Shown one piece after another: positions 9,825 to 19,516 of a stretch of 64,000 bases of DNA. Origin of the DNA: Polyangiaceae bacterium. Lineage in GTDB: Bacteria; Myxococcota_A; Polyangia; Polyangiales; Polyangiaceae. How positions within the stretch are numbered: position 1 is the first letter of the stretch; every line of letters starts with the position of its first letter. The position numbers and the translations under genes are program-made. The notes beneath the pieces were generated by a model that was given only the letters and a program-made list of their open reading frames with translations, did no database searches and was not told the origin of the DNA. The stretch spans positions 224,001 to 288,000 of the forward strand of contig JBNKBE010000002.1 in assembly GCA_050287085.1 (NCBI GenBank), read 5' to 3'.

Positions 9825-11231
9825 ATGACCTTTGCCAATCAGTCACAGGACCCAGCTCAGACTTCCGACCCAGCTCTGACAGCCGAGGGCGCCGTCACGA
9901 CGTTGCTGGTCGTCGACGACGACGCCAGCAATGCGGAGTCGCTGCAGCGCATCTTCGCCAAAGAGGGGATGCGGGTCCTGGTTGCGGCCAACGCACGCGA
10001 CGCGCTCGACGTCGTGAGAACCCGGCACGTCCAAGTGGTGTTGACCGATCTGCGGATGCCCGGGCCGTCGGGGGCCGACCTATTGCGCGCTATCAAAGAG
10101 CTTTCTCCGGATGCGGAGGTCGTGTTGATGACGGCCTATGGCACCGTCGAGAACGCCGTCCGCGCGATGCGGGACGGCGCCTACGACTTCGTGGAGAAGC
10201 CGCTCAAGCGTGCAAGCATCGTCAAGAGCGTACGCAAGGCGGCGGAACGGCAGTCCCTCGTAGCCGAGAATCGCTCCCTGAAGCGGGAGCTGCAGAAGCT
10301 GACCCAGCGCGAGATCATTGGGCATAGCCACGCCTTACGTCGGGTGCTCGAGGTGGCCAATCAGGCGGCGCCCTCTTCGGCGACGGTATTGATCCTGGGC
10401 GAAAGCGGAACCGGGAAGGAGCTGCTGGCTCGCCATATTCACGTTCGCTCCACCCGGGGCGACGGCCCTTTTGTCGCGGTCAACTGCTCGGCGATTCCAG
10501 AGACGATCCTCGAGTCCGAGTTGTTCGGCCACGAGCGGGGGGCTTTCACGGGCGCCGTGGCCAAGCGCGCGGGGCGCTTTGCTCGGGCAAGAGGGGGGAC
10601 TCTGTTCTTGGATGAGATCGGTGAGCTGACCCCTGCAGTTCAGGTCAAGTTGCTCCGAGTGCTCCAGGAGGGGGAGTATGAGCCGGTGGGGGGCGATCCG
10701 GTGCGTTCGGACGCGCGTATCGTGGCGGCTACCAACCGCGATCTGCTCGCGGAGGTGGAGGCCGGACGCTTCCGCGAGGACCTGTATTATCGTTTGAACG
10801 TCATCGCCATCACGGCGCCGCCCCTTCGGGAGCGGCGGGAGGACGTTCCCCTGCTGGTAGACCACTTTCTCGGGATCTACTGCCGCAAGAATGCGCGTTC
10901 TCGGCTGGAGGTGCCCGCTGAGGTGATGAAGAAGCTCGCCGACTACGAGTGGCCCGGCAACGTGCGCGAACTCGAAAATGTGATCGAGCGTTCGGCCGTG
11001 TTATGCGGTGGCCGGGAGTTGACGATGGCGGAGCTGCCCGAGGCGATCGCCTCGGCCGAAGCGGCGCCTGCCAAGCACTTCACCGTCCCTCTCGGCATTC
11101 CAATGGAGGAAGTCGAGATGCGGCTGATCAAGGAGACCCTCGCTCGCACGGGCGGCGACAAGGGCCTAGCAGCCCAGTTGCTGGGGATCTCCACGCGAAC
11201 CATCTATCGGAAGCTTGGGGACGCACGTTGA
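9825..11231 (+). CDS. Sigma-54-dependent response regulator (NtrC/AtoC family: REC-AAA+-Fis HTH)
   Basis: REC (VVDDD, TDLRMP, FVEKP), GESGTGKE, GAFTGA, LFLDEI, FREDLYYRLNV, WPGNVREL, C-terminal AAQLLGISTRTIYRKL. Confidence 0.95.
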   Translation: MTFANQSQDPAQTSDPALTAEGAVTTLLVVDDDASNAESLQRIFAKEGMRVLVAANARDALDVVRTRHVQVVLTDLRMPGPSGADLLRAIKELSPDAEVVLMTAYGTVENAVRAMRDGAYDFVEKPLKRASIVKSVRKAAERQSLVAENRSLKRELQKLTQREIIGHSHALRRVLEVANQAAPSSATVLILGESGTGKELLARHIHVRSTRGDGPFVAVNCSAIPETILESELFGHERGAFTGAVAKRAGRFARARGGTLFLDEIGELTPAVQVKLLRVLQEGEYEPVGGDPVRSDARIVAATNRDLLAEVEAGRFREDLYYRLNVIAITAPPLRERREDVPLLVDHFLGIYCRKNARSRLEVPAEVMKKLADYEWPGNVRELENVIERSAVLCGGRELTMAELPEAIASAEAAPAKHFTVPLGIPMEEVEMRLIKETLARTGGDKGLAAQLLGISTRTIYRKLGDAR

Positions 11232-11240
11232 TGCTTCCGT

Positions 11241-11294
11241 TGTCATTTTGGCAAATGGGTCGGGATGGGCTTGCTCCTGCTTGCCACTCTGGCG
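11241..11294. promoter_or_regulatory. Pair of candidate enhancer-binding-protein upstream activating sites (TGYCA-N3-TGGCR)
   Basis: TGTCATTTTGGCA (11241-11253) and TGCCACTCTGGCG (11282-11294), near-palindromes 41 bp apart, about 65-115 bp upstream of a sigma-54 element. Confidence 0.55.
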
Positions 11295-11357
11295 CGAGCG
11301 CTCTCTTCAGTGCGGTGACGTGGCCGGAAACCCCCTGTTTTTTTGGTGGTTGACCTC

Positions 11358-11373
11358 TGGCACGGCTCTCGCT
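11358..11373 (+). promoter_or_regulatory. Sigma-54 (RpoN) -24/-12 promoter of the gsp operon
   Basis: TGGCACGGCTCTCGCT versus consensus TGGCACG-N4-TTGCW: one mismatch, exact 12-bp GG-to-GC spacing, intergenic, 17 bp before the gspC ATG. Confidence 0.75.
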
Positions 11374-11390
11374 TTAACCCGCTCGGGCGT

Positions 11391-12398
11391 ATGGGCTTGG
11401 ACACTCAAATCAAGCGGTTCTTTCCACTCATCATCGGTTTCGGACTGATGTGCATCGCCTATTTTCAGGCTTCGGGATTGGTTGAGTTGCTCGTGGGCAC
11501 GCGTCTTGACCCGCGACCCGAGGAGCTGGCCGGGGTGAATGCTGCTCGGCTCTCACGTCCTCGGGCGGAAGTGCCGACGAGGCCGACGGCGGCGGGACTG
11601 ATCGCACACAATATCTTCGAATACGGTGTCGACCTCGATCCGAAACCCGTGGTGGAGGAGCAGGAGCCAGCGGCGGCTCCCGAACCCACCGGCATGGACG
11701 ACCCCTTGCGAGCAGAACTGTGTCCGGACATGGGAGTTGAAATCGTCACCGAGTCCCAAGACCGAGTTTGGTCGGTGACGGTCATCCGTGGTCCGGGAGA
11801 GAAAGAGGCGATGTTGCGCCGAGTGGGGGATAGCGTCGGCGAGTATAAGGTCGAGTATATCGGCTACAATTGGTTGGAACGTAGCCCCGCGGTGTGGCTG
11901 AGCAAGGCTGGCTCTTTGTGCCAGGTATTGCTCTTTGAGAGCGAGCAAAAAGCGGCCCCGGCAAAACCTACTAAGCCTGAACCAGCGCCCGAACCGGAAG
12001 AGCCGCCCGCTCAGCCAAAGCGCGGTGCTCCGGACCTTCCCGACGAGTTGGCGAGCAAGATTGAGAAGGTGAGCGAGACCGAGTTCAATATCGATCGCGC
12101 CGTGATCGACAACGTGCTCGAAAACCAAGCGATGCTGATGCGCTCTGCACGCCTGGTGCCGGAAAAAGGGGCCGATGGTAAGGTGGTTGGGATTCGCCTA
12201 TTTGGCGTTCGCCCCAAGACACTGCTCGGCACTCTTGGTCTCATGAACGGAGACCGTCTCGAAACGATCAACGGGTTCGAAATGGCGAGTCCCGAAAAGG
12301 CCCTAGAGGCGTACGCGCGTTTGCGCACCGCCAGCAAACTCAACATTAAGATCACGCGTCGCGGAAAGCCGACGACGCTCGACTTCAACATCAAGTAA
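11391..12398 (+). CDS. gspC: Type II secretion system protein C (TM, HR domain, Pro-rich linker, PDZ)
   Basis: N-terminal TM, HNIF motif, C-terminal PDZ (GIRLFGVRP...LGLMNGDRLETING...ITRRGK); first gene before the secretin; start placed at ATG 11391. Confidence 0.88.
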   Translation: MGLDTQIKRFFPLIIGFGLMCIAYFQASGLVELLVGTRLDPRPEELAGVNAARLSRPRAEVPTRPTAAGLIAHNIFEYGVDLDPKPVVEEQEPAAAPEPTGMDDPLRAELCPDMGVEIVTESQDRVWSVTVIRGPGEKEAMLRRVGDSVGEYKVEYIGYNWLERSPAVWLSKAGSLCQVLLFESEQKAAPAKPTKPEPAPEPEEPPAQPKRGAPDLPDELASKIEKVSETEFNIDRAVIDNVLENQAMLMRSARLVPEKGADGKVVGIRLFGVRPKTLLGTLGLMNGDRLETINGFEMASPEKALEAYARLRTASKLNIKITRRGKPTTLDFNIK

Positions 12399-12400
12399 CA

Positions 12401-14821
12401 ATGAAGTGCCACCATACCTTATCCGCTCTCATCTCGCTGGGGGTGCTCGCACTGAGCGCGAGCACGTTGGCCCAACCCGCTAAGCGTGCAGCCGTCGGTT
12501 CGCGCGCAACGGCTGATGAAAAAGAGCTGCCCGGCACAGCGCCGGATCCCAAGACGACCATGGAGACGATCGCCGAGCAGGTCGACGTGCCCTATCGTCC
12601 AAAGCCGGGCGGGCATCGCATCAAGTTCAATCTCGAGGACGCGGACCTCGCCGAGCTCGTCAATCACATCAGTGGCCTGACGGGCAAGCGCTTCATCTAC
12701 GGTGCCAAGGTTCGTCAGATCAAGGTGACGGTCGTTTCGCCGACGGCGGTGACGCTGGACGAAGCCTATGAGGCGTTCTTGTCGATCTTGGACGCCAATG
12801 GCATGACGGTCGTGCCTCACGGGCCGTTTCTCAAGATCGTCGACAGCGGTGGGATCGTGGCCAAGACCACGCCGGTGTACGGAGCCGCATCTCCCGTACC
12901 CAACACCGACCGCATCCTGACTCGCCTCTACCGTTTGCAGCACACGTCTCCGAACGAGATCTCCAAGGTCTTGACCAAGTTCAAGAGTAAGGAGGGCGAT
13001 GTGTCGGTCTACGAGGCCGGACAGTTGCTCATCATCACCGATTCTGGCGCCAACGTTCGGCGCATGATTCGCCTGATCGAAGAGCTCGACTTGGGCGGCG
13101 TTAGCGCCAAGATGTGGGTTGAGCCGGTCCACTACACAGACGCCTCGGATCTCGCCAAGCAGCTGACTGACATCTATGAGCTGTCGCGGAACAAGGAGGG
13201 GTCTGATGGAGGACTTGAGCGGATCATCGCTGACACGCAGACCAATAGTCTGATCATCGTCGGGACCGAAGAGAGCTACCTGCGACTCCTTGAATTGCTC
13301 AAGCGAATCGACGTAGCGCCGCTCTCGGAAGGCCGCATTCACGTGCTGGCCCTGCAGCATGCAGACGCCGACGAATTGTCGAAGACCTTGCAGAAGATGC
13401 TGGGCACGAAGACCAGCAACAGCAAGAAGGCGACGGGGGCTCCCGTGGCGGAGATGTTCGAGGGAGAAGTCACCGTCACTGGCGACAAGTCGACGAACTC
13501 CTTGATCGTGTCGTCTTCGGCGCGTGACTACGCGCAGTTGCGACTCGTGATCGAGCAGCTCGACCAACCCAGGCGACAGGTATTCCTGGAAGCGGTGATC
13601 ATGGACGTCTCCGTATCGCGCTCGAACCAGTTGGGCCTTGCGTATCATGGCGGGGCGACGGCTGATCTGGGCGGGCCCGAAGAGTCGATCTTGTTGGGAG
13701 GGTTTTCTCCAGGCACCACTGTGCTCGGACCCAATCAGGAGCAACTTCAGGCGCTGGCCTTGGGCGTCAGCGGACCCCGTTTGGATACGGCGCGCACCTT
13801 TCCTGGGCTCAATGGCCTGAGCGTTCCCGCCTTCGGGGTGTTCTTGAACGCTTTGGCTTCGAGCGGCGACTCTAACGTCTTGCTCACCCCCCACATTATC
13901 GCAACCGACAATACTGAAGCTGAGATCAACGTGGGTGAGAACGTTCCGCTGCAAACCAATATCGGAGGCGGATTGCCCAATATTGGTGCACTTCAGGGCG
14001 CGGGCGGAACGAATGCGGCTGCGGGTTTGGCGGGGCTATCTGGATTCGGCTTCGGAGGCTTCAACGCGCAGCGTACCGACGTGGGTACCAAGATCAAGAT
14101 CACGCCCCATATCAACAAAGGCGATCAGATCCGGTTGGAGATTCAGGAAGAAATCAGCGAAACGGGAGCCGCGTCCGGAGCCCTGGGGGCGGTTTCGATC
14201 ACTCAGCGGAGAGCTAATACGACCGTAGTGGTTGACGATCAGCAGACCGTGGTCATCGGCGGTCTCATGCGCGACGTCAAGGAGAAGAGTCGAGACAAGA
14301 TCCCTGTCCTGGGAGACCTGCCGGTTCTGGGTTTTCTATTCCGGAACTCGAACGACAAGGTGCGCAAGACGAACTTGCTCTTGATACTGACTCCCCACGT
14401 AATTCGCGATCAGGGTGACTTGCGGAGGGTCTTCGAGCGCAAGATGCAGGAGCGTCAGGAGTTTCTGGATCGCTACTTCGTGTTCAATGCTGAGTGGGAG
14501 CCGCCGCGGGACTACACCCGAACCAACGGGCTCGTAGAAGAGGTGCGCCAGACGTTCTTCCGTCTGGATGAGGAGCAGCGCATTCGGCAAGAGAGCATGC
14601 CGGCGGAGGCCAAGTTGCATGAGGCGGGTGAACCCTTGGAGCTGGCCGGTAGCGTCAAGGACGGCGCGGCACCAGCCGCTCCCAAGGCAGCGCCTAATGC
14701 GGCGCCGCGGAAGGCCGCGCCCGCCAAGGCGCGACCCGCGTCCAGCAACGAACCGGTTCTGAACGTGAAGCCTCTCGCTCGCCGGCTGGAGGCAGCGCAG
14801 GGGCAGGAGAGCGTCAACTAA
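12401..14821 (+). CDS. gspD: Type II secretion system secretin
   Basis: Signal peptide, N0 (FNLEDADL...TGKRFI), N1-N3 repeats (TNSLIIVG, TNSLIVS), LDQPRRQVFLEAVI, DVGTKIKITPHI, KIPVLGDLPVLGFLFR. Confidence 0.96.
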   Translation: MKCHHTLSALISLGVLALSASTLAQPAKRAAVGSRATADEKELPGTAPDPKTTMETIAEQVDVPYRPKPGGHRIKFNLEDADLAELVNHISGLTGKRFIYGAKVRQIKVTVVSPTAVTLDEAYEAFLSILDANGMTVVPHGPFLKIVDSGGIVAKTTPVYGAASPVPNTDRILTRLYRLQHTSPNEISKVLTKFKSKEGDVSVYEAGQLLIITDSGANVRRMIRLIEELDLGGVSAKMWVEPVHYTDASDLAKQLTDIYELSRNKEGSDGGLERIIADTQTNSLIIVGTEESYLRLLELLKRIDVAPLSEGRIHVLALQHADADELSKTLQKMLGTKTSNSKKATGAPVAEMFEGEVTVTGDKSTNSLIVSSSARDYAQLRLVIEQLDQPRRQVFLEAVIMDVSVSRSNQLGLAYHGGATADLGGPEESILLGGFSPGTTVLGPNQEQLQALALGVSGPRLDTARTFPGLNGLSVPAFGVFLNALASSGDSNVLLTPHIIATDNTEAEINVGENVPLQTNIGGGLPNIGALQGAGGTNAAAGLAGLSGFGFGGFNAQRTDVGTKIKITPHINKGDQIRLEIQEEISETGAASGALGAVSITQRRANTTVVVDDQQTVVIGGLMRDVKEKSRDKIPVLGDLPVLGFLFRNSNDKVRKTNLLLILTPHVIRDQGDLRRVFERKMQERQEFLDRYFVFNAEWEPPRDYTRTNGLVEEVRQTFFRLDEEQRIRQESMPAEAKLHEAGEPLELAGSVKDGAAPAAPKAAPNAAPRKAAPAKARPASSNEPVLNVKPLARRLEAAQGQESVN

Positions 14822-14823
14822 TC

Positions 14824-16593
14824 ATGCTGGCTCAGCGCGCATTGGGAGAAATTCTCATTCGGCAGGGGGTTCTCACCCGCGAAGCCTTGGAGAATTTGCT
14901 CGGCAAGCAGGAGGAACCCGCGCCGCTCGTAGAGTTGATCCTGGCCGAGAAGCTTGCGACGTCGGAGGCCGTAATCCGAGGCTTTGCCCAGGAGTGTGGA
15001 CTTCCCTTTATCGACAAGCTGGATGCTGAAGAGATTCCACTGGCGGTGGGCGCGCGTCTGCCCATCACCTACTCGCGGGGCCACAAGCTGCTTGTCACTG
15101 CGGAATACGACGATCACGTGGAGGTCGTGACGGGTGATCCTTTGGACACGGCCGGGGTGGACGACGTCCATGTCACCTTTGGCAAGCCCGTGGTGGTACG
15201 GGTCGCGGCGCCCGAGGTCGTAGAAAACGCCATCAATCGCGTCTACGAGCGGCGCAACACCGACAGTCAGCTCGAGTCGACCGATGAGGAGGCGGACGAA
15301 GGCGCCGTCGATATTCTGGATTCGGACGATGAAGCGCCCATCATCCGCTGGGTTAACTCGCTGTTCACACAAGCCGTGAAGGAGCGAGCTAGCGACATCC
15401 ATATCGAGCCCGAAGAGAGGGAAATCATCGTTCGCTATCGAGTCGATGGTCAGCTCTACGTGGCCAAGCGGGCGAGTCGACAGTTCATGGGGTCGGTCAT
15501 TGCCCGTGTGAAGATCATGGCTGGGCTGAACATCGCGGAGAAGCGACTGCCTCAGGACGGGCGTATCGCTTTGAAGATTGCCGGGCGTGCGATCGACATT
15601 CGCGTCTCCACGGTGCCGACGAGTCGCGACTACGAGCGCATCGTGATGCGCCTATTGCACAAGACCAACGTTCTACTCGAGTTGACGGAACTAGGCTTCT
15701 CCGCGCGTGACTACGGATTGATGGATCGTTTGATCCATCGCCCCAATGGTATTGTGCTCGTCACGGGGCCAACCGGTAGCGGCAAGACCACCACTCTCTA
15801 CGGCTGCGTGAATCGCATCAACCGGCCGAAGGTCAATATTCTCACTGCCGAAGACCCAGTAGAGTACGAGATTGCCGGCATTCACCAGGTGCCGGTGCAG
15901 CCGAAAATAGGGCTGACCTTTGCAAGCGCGCTGCGCGCCTTCTTGCGTCAGGATCCCGATGTCATCATGGTCGGTGAGATCCGCGACAAGGAAACGGCTG
16001 AAATCGCCATGCATGCGTCCATGACGGGCCATCTGGTGTTGAGTACGATTCACACCAACGACGCCGCGGGCGCGTTCACGCGTCTTATTCAGATGGACAT
16101 CGAACCGTTTCGAGTGCGCTCTACCGTTGCAGGTGTCTTGGCGCAAAGGCTCGTGCGCGTTCTATGCCCCCACTGCAAAGAGGCCTACGACGCGACTCCT
16201 TTTGAGTTGAAGCAGTTGGGGCTCGATCCAGAGCGCTCGCAGAAGCGCGTCGAACTGAAGGAGTCGAGCGCCTATTGGGTCGAAGGGGTCAACGAACCGC
16301 CACTGGGCTGGTTCAAAGACACGCCGCCGACATTCTATCGCGCCCGTGGCTGCGATGAGTGTGAAGGGAAGGGCTTTTCCGGGCGACTTGGCATCTATGA
16401 ACTGTTGATGACAGACGACGCGGTGGGCGAGTTGGTGCTGCGTAGCACCGACGCCCAAACGATTCGGAAGTCAGCTCAATCACGTGGCATGAAGACCCTG
16501 CGAGACGATGGTGCTCACAAGGTCCTGCGCGGGCTCACCACGGTGGAAGAGGTCGTCGCGGCATCGACCGACGAGTCTGGGCAAGAAGGTTAG
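14824..16593 (+). CDS. gspE: Type II secretion ATPase with N-terminal MshEN-like domain
   Basis: ASDIHIEP, EKRLPQDGRI, Walker A GPTGSGKTTT, EDPVEY, LRQDPDVIMVGEIRD, TGHLVLSTIHTN, CPHC...CDEC zinc motif. Confidence 0.96.
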   Translation: MLAQRALGEILIRQGVLTREALENLLGKQEEPAPLVELILAEKLATSEAVIRGFAQECGLPFIDKLDAEEIPLAVGARLPITYSRGHKLLVTAEYDDHVEVVTGDPLDTAGVDDVHVTFGKPVVVRVAAPEVVENAINRVYERRNTDSQLESTDEEADEGAVDILDSDDEAPIIRWVNSLFTQAVKERASDIHIEPEEREIIVRYRVDGQLYVAKRASRQFMGSVIARVKIMAGLNIAEKRLPQDGRIALKIAGRAIDIRVSTVPTSRDYERIVMRLLHKTNVLLELTELGFSARDYGLMDRLIHRPNGIVLVTGPTGSGKTTTLYGCVNRINRPKVNILTAEDPVEYEIAGIHQVPVQPKIGLTFASALRAFLRQDPDVIMVGEIRDKETAEIAMHASMTGHLVLSTIHTNDAAGAFTRLIQMDIEPFRVRSTVAGVLAQRLVRVLCPHCKEAYDATPFELKQLGLDPERSQKRVELKESSAYWVEGVNEPPLGWFKDTPPTFYRARGCDECEGKGFSGRLGIYELLMTDDAVGELVLRSTDAQTIRKSAQSRGMKTLRDDGAHKVLRGLTTVEEVVAASTDESGQEG

Positions 16594-16595
16594 CG

Positions 16596-17822
16596 ATGGC
16601 CGTTTTTGCGTACAAGGGCGTCGAAGCGAGGAGCGGCAAGAGCGTCAAGGGGTATCGCGACGCGGACAGTGCCAAGGCGCTTCGCGCGTTGTTGCGGCGC
16701 GACGGCGTATTGCTCACGTCAGCCAAGGAAGACAGCAAGCGGCGTCAGCAAGCGGCTGGCGGTAGCGATCTGCTGGCCTTCTTCAAGCGACCGACGGCTC
16801 GAGACGTGTCGATCATGACGCGGCAGTTGGCTACGCTGGTTCGGGCCGGAATTCCACTTGTTGAGTCGATCTCGGCGCTGGTTGATCAGACCGAGAAAGA
16901 GTCGCTGATCAAGGTTCTGAGCGCCATTCGCGAGGATCTAAAAGAGGGTACGTCTTTCGCCAAGACTCTGGAACGCCATCCCAAGGTGTTCGTCCCGCTC
17001 TATGTCAATATGGTTGCGGCGGGTGAAGCGTCTGGGACGCTGGAAGCGGTACTGGAGCGCCTGGCGGACTTCATGGAGAATCAGTCGCGGCTTCGCGGCA
17101 AGGTTTCCTCAGCGCTCACCTACCCGATCTTGATGACTATCATCGCGGGAGTACTTGTGGGCGTGCTCATGGTTGCAGTGGTTCCCAAGGTCACGAGCAT
17201 CTTTGACAATCTCGGTCAGGAGTTGCCTTGGTACACAGCCCTTCTGATCGCGGTCAGTGACTTCTTTGCCGCGTTCTGGTGGTTGCTCATTCTGGCGGGG
17301 ATCGGCGGAACCGTATTCTTTCGTCGCTGGGTTGCGACCGAAGAGGGACGGTTGAAGTTTGATACGTTCATGCTGAGAGTGCCCATGTTTGGGCGGCTCA
17401 ATTTGCTGGTGGCTGTCGCGCGCTTTGCGCGAACGCTGTCGACCTTGTTGGCCAGCGGTGTGCCCTTGCTCTCTGCCATGGCCATCGTACGAAACGTGCT
17501 CGGCAACAAGCGGCTCGCCAACGTGGTTGAGCAGGCGACGTCGATGATCCGCGAGGGTGAGAGTATCGCTGAGCCGCTCAGGCGCAGCGGGGAGTTTCCT
17601 CCGATGGTCACCCATATGATTGCCATCGGTGAGAAGAGCGGGCAGCTGGAGCAGATGTTGGTAAACGTTAGTGAAGCGTACGAGACCGACGTAGATGCGA
17701 AGGTTCAGGCGCTGACGAGCGCGCTGCAGCCCCTCGTCATCGTGGTGATGGGCGGCATGGTGGGTTTCATTGCCATGGCCATCCTGATGCCCTTGGTCCA
17801 GATGAACGATATGGTCGAGTAG
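16596..17822 (+). CDS. gspF: Type II secretion inner-membrane platform protein F
   Basis: TRQLATLVRAGIPL, AGEASGTL, ALTYP, GEKSGQLEQML; three TM segments. Confidence 0.95.
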   Translation: MAVFAYKGVEARSGKSVKGYRDADSAKALRALLRRDGVLLTSAKEDSKRRQQAAGGSDLLAFFKRPTARDVSIMTRQLATLVRAGIPLVESISALVDQTEKESLIKVLSAIREDLKEGTSFAKTLERHPKVFVPLYVNMVAAGEASGTLEAVLERLADFMENQSRLRGKVSSALTYPILMTIIAGVLVGVLMVAVVPKVTSIFDNLGQELPWYTALLIAVSDFFAAFWWLLILAGIGGTVFFRRWVATEEGRLKFDTFMLRVPMFGRLNLLVAVARFARTLSTLLASGVPLLSAMAIVRNVLGNKRLANVVEQATSMIREGESIAEPLRRSGEFPPMVTHMIAIGEKSGQLEQMLVNVSEAYETDVDAKVQALTSALQPLVIVVMGGMVGFIAMAILMPLVQMNDMVE

Positions 17823-17895
17823 TGTAGTTGGGGTGGCGCGAGACGCGCGGGACGCGGCATGCAGCGGGATCGATAGAGACGAGTGGCAGAGTGCG

Positions 17896-18303
17896 ATGCG
17901 ACGTAGAAACGAGCACAGAATCTTCTTCCCTTGGGAGAAGCGAGGCGGGCTGATACGGAGACTGGGCCTGCAACGTGCGCAACCTTTTGTTTGGGCACTG
18001 CTCGCGTGTGGGCTGCTCTTGCTCGTAACGTCACGAGAGCGCCGGGCCACCGGCATACGCAAGACACAGGTCGTGCTGCGAGATGTACGCGGGGCGCTCG
18101 ATCAATACCTCTCGGAACATGAGGGACGTTGTCCTCGTTCGTTTTCCGAGCTCTCGCGCTACGCGGAAATCGGCGACGTTCCGCTGGACGCATGGGGTAA
18201 TCCACTGCGCCTTGTGTGTCCGGATCCGCGTGGGGACCTTCCGTATGCCCTGAGCAGCGACGGCCCCGATGGCCGTCCCGGGGGACTTGATAGAATCAAC
18301 TAG
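17896..18303 (+). CDS. GspG-like pseudopilin-domain protein lacking a prepilin cleavage motif
   Basis: TM segment then T2SSG-like globular domain (DAWGNP, SSDGPDGRPGGLD); no G|FTLxE site; start uncertain (17833 GTG or 17896 ATG). Confidence 0.7.
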   Translation: MRRRNEHRIFFPWEKRGGLIRRLGLQRAQPFVWALLACGLLLLVTSRERRATGIRKTQVVLRDVRGALDQYLSEHEGRCPRSFSELSRYAEIGDVPLDAWGNPLRLVCPDPRGDLPYALSSDGPDGRPGGLDRIN

Positions 18304-18332
18304 GCCGGAGTCGTCCGGCAAGGAGCAAGCAT

Positions 18333-18758
18333 ATGCAAACAAGAGATAGACTGTTCACGTTGGTTGCGCGGCGACGCAGAACTGCCGGCGTCACGTTGGT
18401 TGAAGTTCTGATCGTGATTGCCATCATGGCGATGCTGAGCGGCGGCGTAGCCTTCGCGCTGCTGCCGCGAATGAAGGAAGCGCAACTCAAGACAGCCAAG
18501 CAAGGGGCGCAGGAGATGCGCAAGGTGGCTCAACTGTATATGTATGAGAATGCGGGGGAATGCCCCTCGGTATCTCAGCTTCGCAAGTCGGGGCATCTGG
18601 ACAAGGGCAGCAACGTCAAGGACCCTTGGGATGAGGCTTACCGCATTCGATGCGGCGACGATGAGGTGTTTGTCGAGTCTTCGGGGCCGGACAAAAAGCG
18701 CGGGACCGAAGATGACATCGTCGTGCCCAATGAAGGCCCGGCCGACGACGATTCTTGA
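18333..18758 (+). CDS. gspG: Major pseudopilin
   Basis: Basic leader then G|VTLVEVLIV; KDPWDEAY and SSGPDKKRGTEDD calcium-loop motif; AAGGAG RBS. Confidence 0.88.
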   Translation: MQTRDRLFTLVARRRRTAGVTLVEVLIVIAIMAMLSGGVAFALLPRMKEAQLKTAKQGAQEMRKVAQLYMYENAGECPSVSQLRKSGHLDKGSNVKDPWDEAYRIRCGDDEVFVESSGPDKKRGTEDDIVVPNEGPADDDS

Positions 18759-18766
18759 GTAGGCGT

Positions 18767-19516
18767 ATGCCGAGATCTCGTCCCATTCCCCAGCCCTGTT
18801 GCGGTGGCTACAGGCGGCGCGCGCATGGTCGCGCCCGGGGCGTGACTTTGGTCGAGGTTCTCATCGTGGTGGCGCTACTCGCCTTGTTGACAGGCTCCCT
18901 TCTTGGCAGTCGTGGGCTGCTGGGGAGCGGTCAGCTGCGGGCGGCGGCAACACTGGTCATGACGGGCATTCGGCAGGGCATTACGCTGGCCAATACCTCG
19001 GGTTTGGCCACACGAATGGTATTCGACCTGGAGACGCGCCGCGTTTGGCTTGAACAAAGCACGGAACGCATGCTGCGGCGCAAGAGTGAAGATCCGGACG
19101 ACCCCACTGCAGGCGCCGAGGCAGCGACAACGGCGGAGCGTCGAGCGCGCGAGACAGCGGCCGCTTTTTTGGAGGGTCCCGCGGAGCCCCCGCCTCCCTT
19201 TCAAGCCGTGGACGGATATGATCAAAACGACACGGATGCGGAGCCTGGTCGCGACCTGGGTAGCGACGTGCGTATCGTGTCGGTCATGACGGAACACGAT
19301 GAGCGACCGCGGACTGAGGGGCGCGCTTACCTGTATTTCTGGCCAGGGGGAGGTACAGAGAAGGCCGTCATTCAGTTGACCCGGGCAGGTCGAGACGCAC
19401 CGCTGAGTGTTGTGGTTTCCGCTCTTAGCGGGCGGGCTCAGCTCGTCAGCGAGGCCGTGGATTTCGAGGAGCCCCCCGCGGACATCGACTTCGGCGAGCG
19501 AGAGGTTGAGCCTTGA
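18767..19516 (+). CDS. gspH: Minor pseudopilin H-like
   Basis: G|VTLVEVLIV prepilin motif, YLYFWPGGGTE; position after gspG. Confidence 0.78.
   Translation: MPRSRPIPQPCCGGYRRRAHGRARGVTLVEVLIVVALLALLTGSLLGSRGLLGSGQLRAAATLVMTGIRQGITLANTSGLATRMVFDLETRRVWLEQSTERMLRRKSEDPDDPTAGAEAATTAERRARETAAAFLEGPAEPPPPFQAVDGYDQNDTDAEPGRDLGSDVRIVSVMTEHDERPRTEGRAYLYFWPGGGTEKAVIQLTRAGRDAPLSVVVSALSGRAQLVSEAVDFEEPPADIDFGEREVEP

Noticed and set aside
12419..13954. 511-aa antisense ORF inside gspD (likewise 46771-48192 in bamA and 51789-52955 in parE)
   Set aside because: Shadow ORFs expected from high-GC codon bias; no recognisable motifs; fully overlap confident genes.
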